Virus record (IMG/VR): IMGVR_UViG_3300037782_000008
Location: 1-36,328 of that record
Source: a virus
Taxonomy: Duplodnaviria; Caudoviricetes
Reading direction: 5' to 3' (one strand)
Length of the DNA: 36,328 nucleotides
How positions within the stretch are numbered: the stretch's first letter is position 1; each line of letters starts with the position of its first letter. The notes below the pieces were generated by a model, which made no database searches, was not told the DNA's origin, and saw nothing but the letters and a program-made list of their open reading frames with translations. Both the position numbers and the translations under genes were made by a program. Shown here piece by piece: positions 1 through 6,852 of this stretch.

Positions 1-222
1 TATTCCAAACGGTCATCCTGCACGTCAATTCCTGCCGTGAGGACCAGCGCCTCCTCGGGCAGCTCGCCGCCCCAGTCTTCTCGACGGTCCAGAAGGTCAT
101 GCTCGTCCACTTGCTCGCCCTGCTCTTCCCAGCTTTCGCCAAGAAAGGTGTTCACCCAGGTCTTCAGCCGCATCGGATCGCGTTTGGCGGCAAGAAAGTC
201 CCTCACAGTGTCTTCAAGCGGC
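1..222. repeat. Terminal direct repeat, copy 1 (circular-assembly overlap)
   Basis: 1-222 equals 36107-36328 except for CC (128-129) vs TT (36234-36235). It lies inside terL. Confidence 0.95.
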
Positions 223-1172
223 GTCCAGGGCGAATAAAGGCCGCTCAAGTGGAAACCAGCCGTCTTACCGTCGCCTTCCGCTGTGGCCTTCCATCGCCCA
301 TATCGAATGGCCTGAAACCGCTTTGCATCCGTCCAGCAACTTCCGCAATGCTCGCAAGTGTATTCAGCCGTATGAGGCTGGCCCTCCTGCCATCGAACAT
401 TCGCCCATTGAAGCACCTGAAGCTCGCCGCAGTCTGGGCAAGGAACAAAATACTTGCGCTTGTCGCTTTCCTCGTAAGCCTGCTCAATCCGGCTGGCCCC
501 CTTTTCCGTCGGAGTGCTAACGAGGATGATCTTCCGGTTCCAGAACGTCGCAGAACGCCGCTTCGCCAAGCCCACAGGATCGCCTTCACTACCAGCGGAA
601 AGCGGATAGCGGTCAACCTCATCGCACAGAATGATGCGACATGGCCGAGACGCCAGAGAAGATGGGCTGTTGGCACCACAAGCTGTCACATGCCCGCCCG
701 CAAAGACCTTATGCAGCGTTGTGTTGCCGCTGTCCCGGCTCCGAGGGTCTTTGATCTTGCTGGACAAGGCCGGAGTGTCCCGAATAGCTGGTGCTAGGCG
801 GTCTTTCGACCATGTTTGTGCCATTTCCAGCGTCGGTTGCACCACAAGCATTGGCGCAGGGTCTTGGTGGATGTGAAAACCCACTACATTGTTGATAAGC
901 TCGGTCTTGCCGATCTGAGCGCCGGTCATAAGCACGACATTTTCAATCTCAGGGTCAGAAACCGCGTCCATCATGCCGCGCTGGTATTCCGCACGGCTTG
1001 TTGACCACCGGCCAGCTTCAGCACTGCTCTCACTAGAAAGCTGGCGATAGGTATCCGCCCATTCGCTGACGGTCAGCTTCGGAGGCGGCTTCAGAGACTT
1101 GGAAGCGGCCTGCCGAAGTCGGGCCTCAAGCCTCTTCTTCTGTGTCTGCCGCGTCGAGTCCGACCAGATCAT
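1..1172 (-). CDS. terL: Terminase large subunit, lambda GpA family, N-terminal ATPase part (continues across the origin into 36106-35425; about 617 aa total)
   Basis: Translated by hand from ATG 1172: MIWSD...LKPPPKLTVSEWAD...VVLMTGAQIGKT (Walker A)...ILCDEVD (Walker B). 1172+682 nt = 618 codons, in frame with the 35425 ORF. Absent from the ORF track because it runs off the window edge. Confidence 0.95.
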   Translation of the reverse strand, partial: MIWSDSTRQTQKKRLEARLRQAASKSLKPPPKLTVSEWADTYRQLSSESSAEAGRWSTSRAEYQRGMMDAVSDPEIENVVLMTGAQIGKTELINNVVGFHIHQDPAPMLVVQPTLEMAQTWSKDRLAPAIRDTPALSSKIKDPRSRDSGNTTLHKVFAGGHVTACGANSPSSLASRPCRIILCDEVDRYPLSAGSEGDPVGLAKRRSATFWNRKIILVSTPTEKGASRIEQAYEESDKRKYFVPCPDCGELQVLQWANVRWQEGQPHTAEYTCEHCGSCWTDAKRFQAIRYGRWKATAEGDGKTAGFHLSGLYSPWTPLEDTVRDFLAAKRDPMRLKTWVNTFLGESWEEQGEQVDEHDLLDRREDWGGELPEEALVLTAGIDVQDDRLE

Positions 1173-1599
1173 TCAATGCCTCTGTTATTGACTGCTCCAA
1201 AAGCCCCTGAACCTCCTTCACGGTCGCGCAGGCATGGGCTTCAGGCGCTACCTTCGTTGGGACAGCAAGCAATTTTGTCCTAACCTTGGTAAACTGCTTC
1301 TCAATCGCCCCCGCAACGTCTTCAATGTAGACCAGTGCGCCGCGCTGGACCTCATTCTCCATTTCCTTGGCGTCAGCTTGCTCTTTTGCCAGCCTTGCCC
1401 GCTCTTCGCCAAGGTCTAGCTCGCCATTGGCGGCTCGGCCTGCTGCGGTTTCGCGCAGCTTTGTGATGTATGCTTGGCGGCAAACGTCTAAGTCGTATTG
1501 GCCTCGGCCCTGACGTTCAATAACTCCATCATTGATGAGGTCTTGAACATACTTGGCACTGACGCCAATGTGCTTTGCGACTTCGTTTATAGTTGCCAC
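1126..1599 (-). CDS. terS: Terminase small subunit (Nu1-like)
   Basis: N-terminal wHTH (INEVAKHIGVSAKYVQDL...GQYDL), coiled coil ERARLAKEQAD...ENEVQRGALV. Overlaps the terL start as lambda nu1/A do. Confidence 0.9.
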   Translation of the reverse strand: MATINEVAKHIGVSAKYVQDLINDGVIERQGRGQYDLDVCRQAYITKLRETAAGRAANGELDLGEERARLAKEQADAKEMENEVQRGALVYIEDVAGAIEKQFTKVRTKLLAVPTKVAPEAHACATVKEVQGLLEQSITEALNDLVGLDAADTEEEA

Positions 1600-2093
1600 T
1601 TTGCATCTCCTGAACGGCCAGTGAAGCCGTGCCGTATCTCGCCCTGCTTACGAGCGATTATAGCAGCAGTTTTGCATCGGAATGAACCCAGTTTCTTTAT
1701 CGTGCCATTTATGCCGATCTGAGCGCGCCAGCATTTTGTTCGCCCCTTCTCGTGTATGATCCCGGGATAGCCATGCTTGCAGTTCTTATAGGGGTTTTTA
1801 TTGCGCAGGTTTTCTGATTGCGTGACTAGGCGCAGATTTTCAATTCTGTTGTTTGATGGATTGCCATCAATGTGGTCAATCTCAAGGTGCGGATCAGGCA
1901 GTTCGTTGTGATATAGCGCCCAAGCAACTCGGTGGCCTTGGCACCATTGGCCGTTTATGTAGAAACCAACGTATCCTTGTCCATTATAACCAAGTGGGCT
2001 TTGCTTCCCAACTCTTTTTAGCTGACCTGTTATGCTGTCGTAATCAATCTTCTTGCGAAGAGCATCAAGTGGCGGTAATTGTCTTGCTGTCAT
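1587..2093 (-). CDS. HNH endonuclease with C-terminal AP2-like DNA-binding domain (homing-endonuclease type)
   Basis: HRVAW...EIDHIDGNPSNNRIENLRLVTQSEN (HNH_3) followed by WRAQIGING...LGSF...AAIIAR (AP2). AAGGAG RBS before ATG 2093. Confidence 0.9.
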   Translation of the reverse strand: MTARQLPPLDALRKKIDYDSITGQLKRVGKQSPLGYNGQGYVGFYINGQWCQGHRVAWALYHNELPDPHLEIDHIDGNPSNNRIENLRLVTQSENLRNKNPYKNCKHGYPGIIHEKGRTKCWRAQIGINGTIKKLGSFRCKTAAIIARKQGEIRHGFTGRSGDAKWQL

Positions 2094-2220
2094 GGCTTTC
2101 TCCTTGAGCTGTGGCCGCGCCGAGGGCGATTGGTGGTCGCGCCTCGGCACCTCATCCTTACTCCGCATTCTGGGTTAAGGCAACAGCAACCCCCTTGTGA
2201 CATTTCTGCAACTAAAAATC

Positions 2221-2330
2221 ATCAGCCGCGCGAACTACCCGCGAGCGGTTGCTTTTCAAAGGACCCGTTGTTCCAGCCATGCCGTGTCATAGGGCTGGCA
2301 TAGGCCGAAAGAGGCCATGGGTGGGCCGTG
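2221..2330. other. Candidate cos/packaging-initiation region
   Basis: Non-coding gap upstream of HNH-terS-terL of a lambda GpA-type terminase. The minus strand reads GGGTCCTTTG...CGCGGGTAGTTCGCG, resembling sequences I recall upstream of terS in such phages. The exact cut site cannot be determined. Confidence 0.35.
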
Positions 2331-2410
2331 TATAGGCCGTTTCGGATTGTCATGGGGGTAAGGTGCGGAGGCGCGTGTAACGCGCGTGTGCGGCGCTATT
2401 TATGCGGCAT

Positions 2411-2438
2411 AAGAAAAGGCCCGCGCAACGGCGGGCCT
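2411..2438 (-). terminator. Rho-independent terminator ending the small-gene cassette
   Basis: Minus strand AGGCCCGC-cgttgc-GCGGGCCT-TTTCTT. Confidence 0.75.
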
Positions 2439-2465
2439 AGTGCTGGCATGGCAAACAAGCGGGGG

Positions 2466-2792
2466 TTATGCGAGACTCTGCGCTACGTCGCGCCAACGGT
2501 CGTGCAGTTGCAGTAGGTTAGCAATGTCCTCGCTCACGTCGAATTGGTCGCGCGGGCTTCCAAGCTCGGCCTGTTTCCATTCCCCGTTAGGCTCAGCAAT
2601 CCGCAGCGAGAACTGGTGGCGTGGCAGAATCGTGCCTGGGCCAAAGTTCCGACGGAGCCATTTAAGGTCGGCTTGATACTGACGCCAAGCGGCAGCGACG
2701 CCGCGCCCCGTCAGCGGCCAGCTCTTTTCGACTGCCTCCGAGGCGCTTTGGTCGGTGTCAACAATGCGGTGGTGTAGGTAGATACGGGTCAT
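2466..2792 (-). CDS. Hypothetical protein (early cassette)
   Basis: AGGAG RBS before the ATG; 108 aa; last gene before the terminator. Confidence 0.75.
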   Translation of the reverse strand: MTRIYLHHRIVDTDQSASEAVEKSWPLTGRGVAAAWRQYQADLKWLRRNFGPGTILPRHQFSLRIAEPNGEWKQAELGSPRDQFDVSEDIANLLQLHDRWRDVAQSLA

Positions 2793-2831
2793 CTGTCTGA
2801 CTCCTGTTTAGCGGTGAGTTGATATTGCGTC

Positions 2832-2900
2832 TTAGATGAATGGCATAGCGGCGAGCATGGTGGCCAGTGCCGTGGCGTTGATGATGTATTCAATGTTCAT
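2832..2900 (-). CDS. Putative 22-aa hydrophobic peptide MNIEYIINATALATMLAAMPFI
   Basis: ATGA overlap with the stop of 2897-3211; hydrophobic. Confidence 0.4.
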   Translation of the reverse strand: MNIEYIINATALATMLAAMPFI

Positions 2901-3211
2901 TTTGCACTCGCAATCAAATTGTGTTGCCCATTGAGCAGGTGTTCCGGTGCTGGCTTACCAATGGCTTGCCATGCGTAAATATGGTCAGTCACTCGGTTAT
3001 AGGCCTCTGCCAAGTGCTTGGACGCGATTGCGCCATTCCAGAGGCGCTCGCCCTCTTTCAAATGCGTATAACAGTTTAGAAACGCGCTATCCGGAGCGCC
3101 TTCTTTCCGGAGTAAATTGCGCACGCATTCCAGCCAGTCAGTGCCGGTGACTGTAAATGCCTGAATGCCTTTGTTGTGCTTCAAGCGGATTGTATAGGTC
3201 TCGATTGTCAT
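2897..3211 (-). CDS. Hypothetical protein (early cassette)
   Basis: AAAGGA RBS; 104 aa. Confidence 0.75.
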   Translation of the reverse strand: MTIETYTIRLKHNKGIQAFTVTGTDWLECVRNLLRKEGAPDSAFLNCYTHLKEGERLWNGAIASKHLAEAYNRVTDHIYAWQAIGKPAPEHLLNGQHNLIASAK

Positions 3212-3294
3212 ATTTCTAATTCCTTTGTTGATACATTGGCGCGGGATTGCACCGCTAGGCGCATGGGGCTTGCCATGCGCCCGCGTTGGAATCC

Positions 3295-3486
3295 CTAGGC
3301 GGTTAGATATAATTCAAGCGCCTCATTAAAACGAAAGCCGCAAGCTACGTCACAACCTAAATCATAAACTTCTTGCCTTGAAAGCCCGCAAGCCCTTGCC
3401 CTTTCAATTTCTTGGCAAGTCATAGGGCAATCAATGTGGCCGTAAAAAGCAAAATCGCTTAAAATGTCGGCTACGTTGTATTCCAT
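3295..3486 (-). CDS. Hypothetical Cys-containing protein, 63 aa (MEYNVADILSDF...)
   Basis: AAAGGAAAG RBS before ATG 3486. Confidence 0.7.
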   Translation of the reverse strand: MEYNVADILSDFAFYGHIDCPMTCQEIERARACGLSRQEVYDLGCDVACGFRFNEALELYLTA

Positions 3487-3497
3487 TTTCTTTCCTT

Positions 3498-3572
3498 TCA
3501 CATTGCCAGAAGAACAAGGCAAGGCGCGACGATGCAAGCCAAGCCGATTGAGTCGATTGCAAGTTTAAGCAT
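3498..3572 (-). CDS. Putative 24-aa hydrophobic peptide MLKLAIDSIGLACIVAPCLVLLAM
   Basis: Start overlaps the end of the upstream gene and the ORF fills the gap exactly; single TM-like segment. Confidence 0.45.
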   Translation of the reverse strand: MLKLAIDSIGLACIVAPCLVLLAM

Positions 3573-3843
3573 GACGCGCCCCCGCTTCAAAGCCGTCAAT
3601 ATAGGCGTTGAGAACGTCATAAAACTGACCTTTAGGCAGGCGGGGGCCAATAGCATGGCAACCGCCGCCTTGGGCCATGCGTTCAAGACGCGGCTGGCCA
3701 TAATCATAATTTATCAGATATGTTCCGACATTGGCTATAAGGCGGCCATTTTCGTCGCGCCCCTTGTAAGGATCAAGCGGCTGGCCCGCTATGTCGTTTA
3801 GCAGCTCAACCCGCATTTCAAGCATTTTCTTTGTAACTCGCAT
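3565..3843 (-). CDS. Hypothetical protein, 92 aa (MRVTKKMLEMRVELLN...)
   Basis: AAAGGGAAAG RBS; first gene of the cassette. Confidence 0.75.
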   Translation of the reverse strand: MRVTKKMLEMRVELLNDIAGQPLDPYKGRDENGRLIANVGTYLINYDYGQPRLERMAQGGGCHAIGPRLPKGQFYDVLNAYIDGFEAGARHA

Positions 3844-3893
3844 TTTCTTTCCCTTTCTTTGATACATCCCCGACGACCGCCGGGCATGGAAAG

Positions 3894-3922
3894 CACCTAA
3901 CAAGCCGGAAAACCGCTTTCAA
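3894..3922 (-). promoter_or_regulatory. Possible sigma70 promoter of the early cassette
   Basis: TTGAAA-17-TAGGTG with an upstream A-tract; the -10 element is weak. Confidence 0.35.
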
Positions 3923-4021
3923 GCATTTTTTGCCGCCTGGACGCAAAAAACTTGAAAAACACAACATATTGATGCCGCGATGCAGCATGACGCGCTGCGG
4001 CGCGGAATTTGCACCGACCGA

Positions 4022-4127
4022 CCCCTCCGATGGAAAAGCTCACCCCTCCGATGGAAAAGCTCAGGGTCGCGCCATGACCCCTCCGGTGGAAAAGCTCAGG
4101 CGTGAACCCCTCCGATGGAAAAGCTCA
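4022..4127. repeat. Four copies of the 21-bp direct repeat CCCCTCCGATGGAAAAGCTCA
   Basis: Copies at 4022-4042, 4043-4063, 4078-4098 (1 mismatch) and 4107-4127; gaps of 0, 14 and 8 nt. Confidence 0.95.
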
Positions 4128-4859
4128 GCGGAATTTTGCGGTGCGGAGTGCGTTTCGCATTTCCCGGCGGAAATTTTTCGGGAAAGTCAGCTTGCCTTGT
4201 TTCAGCATGTAGGAGTTGAAGGGAAGCCGCTTGTCATATGCCGGGCGGTAATCAAGGATGGTGAACAGCTTCTGCGGCTTGCCGCGCTTACTGTTGACCC
4301 GGTAGATGCCGCCAGCTCTGTTCTTCCCGCTTCCGGGTTCCGCCACGAAGTAACGAGGATATGGCTTAGGCGTGGCACTCACCTGTGAGCGGGTATAAGC
4401 CTCAGAGGCGTAGCTCTGTCCCACCCCTGCCAATGCTTTGTTGACCCAAGCCATGCTTACATTCTGGCCTCGGCGGGCCGTTCTGGATGTTGGCAGCACC
4501 GATTGCACGATTCCGCGATACGGAAGGCGGAAGTCCATTTTCTTCTCAAACGCCTTTTGCGGCCTGACACCGCCATTGGCCTGCACGTCGAGGTAGTGCT
4601 TTCCGCCCTGCTTGTCCTTACGCCGAATTTCAGCAGTGAGATGCTTCTTGGTGCTGCGCACTAGGCGGAAAGCATTGAGGGTATAGCGCACCGGGTCTTT
4701 GAACCGCTTTTTCATCTGGATGCGGTTGAAGGCAAGCAGCTCTTTCCCCGTTTGGTTCAACGCCCTCGACGCGGCAAACGGGATTTGCTTTTGAGCCAAG
4801 ATCGCCAGCTTCGCGTTTGTCTTGGCGCTATTGGATTGGAACGTGAAATTGACGGCCAT
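4125..4859 (-). CDS. Basic tail-completion/neck protein (lambda gpZ-like / Ne1-like), displaced from the tail module
   Basis: KQIPFAASRALNQT...RFKDPVRYTLNAF...HYLDVQANGGVRPQKAFE pattern and strongly basic composition. No Z-like gene lies between the FII-like and U-like genes. Confidence 0.65.
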   Translation of the reverse strand: MAVNFTFQSNSAKTNAKLAILAQKQIPFAASRALNQTGKELLAFNRIQMKKRFKDPVRYTLNAFRLVRSTKKHLTAEIRRKDKQGGKHYLDVQANGGVRPQKAFEKKMDFRLPYRGIVQSVLPTSRTARRGQNVSMAWVNKALAGVGQSYASEAYTRSQVSATPKPYPRYFVAEPGSGKNRAGGIYRVNSKRGKPQKLFTILDYRPAYDKRLPFNSYMLKQGKLTFPKNFRREMRNALRTAKFR

Positions 4860-4862
4860 TGC

Positions 4863-4910
4863 CCCCTCCGATGGAAAAGCTCACCATACCCCCTGTAGTG
4901 GAAAAGCTCA
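4863..4910. repeat. Two more copies of the 21-bp repeat
   Basis: 4863-4883 is perfect; 4890-4910 reads CCCCTGTAGTGGAAAAGCTCA (4 mismatches). Confidence 0.93.
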
Positions 4911-5084
4911 ATGTATCGCCTCAACTTCCGCCCTATGCTCTAGCAACGTAGACACAACGCAAAGCATTGAAGCGGTGATGTCGTCTAGATCATGACCTTG
5001 CTTGAGCAGCCATGCCACGAAGTCCATGATGTCCTCGACGCTTTCCGCCTCAGCGGCGTCTACCTCAATGATTTGCTGATCCAT
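4908..5084 (-). CDS. Hypothetical acidic protein, 58 aa (MDQQIIEVDAAEAESVEDIMDFVAWLL...EAIH)
   Basis: Hand-translated open frame below the ORF-track cut-off. Its TGA stop is the first triplet of repeat copy 6. Probably leaderless. Confidence 0.65.
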   Translation of the reverse strand: MDQQIIEVDAAEAESVEDIMDFVAWLLKQGHDLDDITASMLCVVSTLLEHRAEVEAIH

Positions 5085-5090
5085 GCTGGC

Positions 5091-5118
5091 AGTATAGACA
5101 AAAAAAGACCGGGCGCAA
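5091..5118 (-). promoter_or_regulatory. Promoter overlapping the terminator, giving a leaderless mRNA
   Basis: TTGCGC-16-TATACT, 6 nt before ATG 5084, with no SD. Confidence 0.5.
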
Positions 5119-5127
5119 AGGCCCGGT
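5100..5127 (-). terminator. Rho-independent terminator
   Basis: ACCGGGC/GCCCGGT stem followed by a T7 tract on the minus strand. Confidence 0.85.
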
Positions 5128-5152
5128 AGTTGAGGGAGGTAGTGATGTGATA

Positions 5153-5413
5153 TTACTCGTCAGCGAGTTCGCTTGCAAGGGCTAGATAGCCGCAACCGTC
5201 GATGCTGCTATCGTCGTGCGGCTCGTGGCGCATCCGGCAGACCTTGAGCAGGGCCATCATGTTCGCCACGTCGCGCGGGTAGATTGGCGATGACAAATAG
5301 GCGCTCCACATCTGGGCGATTGCGCCGAAGTTCTCTCCCGCATCGCCATAGGCGTCTTGTCGGTCGCCATTGATGAGGATGTCTGCTGTCTTTAGCACTT
5401 CGCTGCGGTTCAT
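5153..5413 (-). CDS. DUF6378-like phage protein
   Basis: INGDRQDAYG...NFGAIAQMWSAYL...DVANMMALLKVCR...HDDSSIDGCGYLAL. Confidence 0.8.
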   Translation of the reverse strand: MNRSEVLKTADILINGDRQDAYGDAGENFGAIAQMWSAYLSSPIYPRDVANMMALLKVCRMRHEPHDDSSIDGCGYLALASELADE

Positions 5414-5583
5414 GTCTCATCCTTCCTTGGCGTTGTCTCACCCATAATGTTCACCGCGTCGTTGAAACCTTGCGGGCTTGCGGCGTGTTCTGCGGCGCGG
5501 ATCACGTCATCTAGGTCCATGCCACTTGCCTTGGCGTTGGCTAGTGCATCGCGGATGTAGTCCATTGTGCTGAGGCGGATCAT
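5410..5583 (-). CDS. Hypothetical protein, 57 aa (MIRLSTMDYIRDALANAKASG...)
   Basis: Hand-translated; ATGA overlaps at both ends. Confidence 0.65.
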   Translation of the reverse strand: MIRLSTMDYIRDALANAKASGMDLDDVIRAAEHAASPQGFNDAVNIMGETTPRKDET

Positions 5584-5867
5584 AGGTCTAGGCCCATCTC
5601 CCTTGCCACCTCGCGGCCTTTATAGGTCAAGTGCATGGCGTGGACGTTGTGCGGTCCGTTATAGGTCAGGTTGACTAGGCCCGCGTTCTCAAGCTGATAG
5701 GCCACTTCCGCGCCCTTGTTGCCATACCACTTGAGTTTGCGGCAAATCTTGGCAGGGCTTGGTGTGACGAGGCGGCGCTGCATTTCGATCATCTCGACGA
5801 ACATCTCGCGGCCACTGCCTTCTAGGGCGCGGTCCTCGATGGGTGGGATTTCTGCAAAGAAGTTCAT
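5580..5867 (-). CDS. Winged-helix DNA-binding protein (MarR-like topology)
   Basis: PSPAKICRKL...VAYQLENAGLV...MHLTYKGREVA. Confidence 0.55.
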   Translation of the reverse strand: MNFFAEIPPIEDRALEGSGREMFVEMIEMQRRLVTPSPAKICRKLKWYGNKGAEVAYQLENAGLVNLTYNGPHNVHAMHLTYKGREVAREMGLDL

Positions 5868-6205
5868 TGCCCAACCTCATCATAGTAAGCATCCATGACG
5901 CAAGCGATCATGAACTCGGCCAGTGTTGATCCTTCGGGGATTTGCTCAGAAATCCACTTCTGCACCTCGTCGGGCAGCATGGAAAGCTGGGCGCGGGGCC
6001 TGCCGATGTTGATGCTGTCCAAGTGCTGAATGTGGCGCGGGCGGCCACCTGGCAATGCGCCTTCCTTGCGGCCACGGGTTATAAGCATTTGCGTCCAGCT
6101 TTTTGACGCGCCGATGCGGAGTGCGATCTCTGCGGCGGTCATGCCTTTTTCAAGATGCGGCCTGATTTGCTCATAGCGTTCTTCAACGGATACGCGGTCA
6201 GTCAT
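5864..6205 (-). CDS. HTH-containing protein
   Basis: GMTAAEIALRIGASKSWTQMLI; coupled by ATGA overlaps. Confidence 0.6.
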   Translation of the reverse strand: MTDRVSVEERYEQIRPHLEKGMTAAEIALRIGASKSWTQMLITRGRKEGALPGGRPRHIQHLDSINIGRPRAQLSMLPDEVQKWISEQIPEGSTLAEFMIACVMDAYYDEVGQ

Positions 6206-6396
6206 TTTTTGGTTCCTTTCTTTTCTACCAGCTTGCCAAGCTGGATGAGTTCATCAAAGTCGTGCAGTCGTCCTGTTGTTGTTCCATCTCCTCTTGCCTT
6301 GGTGTCCAGTTTCATAATTTCGGCCTTGCGGATGATCCGCTTGCCGAGAGCTTCTAGGGTTAGGGTGTCGTTGTCTGGCTCCATGCGGGTTTTCAT
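6202..6396 (-). CDS. Hypothetical protein, 64 aa
   Basis: TAATG coupling with the upstream gene and GGAAG RBS. Confidence 0.6.
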   Translation of the reverse strand: MKTRMEPDNDTLTLEALGKRIIRKAEIMKLDTKARGDGTTTGRLHDFDELIQLGKLVEKKGTKK

Positions 6397-6839
6397 TACA
6401 CCACTTCCATGGAATGCGCCCAAAGAATGACAGGCTCGGCCTGAGGCGATTGCTTGGCCTCAACGCGGACGATCTTGCCCTTTCGCCACGCCTTTTCGAT
6501 GCGCCCCGGAGAAACAATCAAGTGCTGCGCCTCGATTGGGCAGTCATACTCGCTCAGCGCCTCTGTCACGTCCGCAAAGTCATCTTCCTGAGCCACTACC
6601 CCAGAAACGTCCTGACCGGCCTGTGTGACGCGCACCGCCATCCACGGCGTTGCACCGGACTGCGGGTGATTGTTCGGAATGACTGCGGCTTCGTATGTGC
6701 CGCCGACTTTGATCTCTGCGGCTTTGGATACGCTGGCCGGGATGTAGACCTGTTCCAAGCTGTCAGCGATCACGCCAAAGCTGGACATGGTTTCCAGTTG
6801 GTTCGTGATGTAGATGGTTTCGGTTGGGATGTCGGTCAT
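6396..6839 (-). CDS. Hypothetical protein, 147 aa (MTDIPTETIYITNQL...)
   Basis: AAAGGA RBS before ATG 6839. Confidence 0.7.
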   Translation of the reverse strand: MTDIPTETIYITNQLETMSSFGVIADSLEQVYIPASVSKAAEIKVGGTYEAAVIPNNHPQSGATPWMAVRVTQAGQDVSGVVAQEDDFADVTEALSEYDCPIEAQHLIVSPGRIEKAWRKGKIVRVEAKQSPQAEPVILWAHSMEVV

Positions 6840-6852
6840 GATTGGTCCTTTT

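Noticed and set aside
1-222. Biological direct terminal repeat of the virion DNA
   Set aside because: It falls mid-terL, and GpA-type terminases make cohesive ends. It is best read as a circular-assembly overlap.
99-797. 232-aa plus-strand ORF
   Set aside because: Antisense to terL, which has all the expected motifs.
4022-4127. Mini CRISPR array
   Set aside because: Gaps of 0-14 nt are too short and irregular to be spacers, and no cas genes are present.
3930-4388. 152-aa plus-strand ORF with PSDGKA repeats
   Set aside because: It is just a translation of the DNA repeats, which fall in different frames, and it is antisense to the gpZ-like gene.
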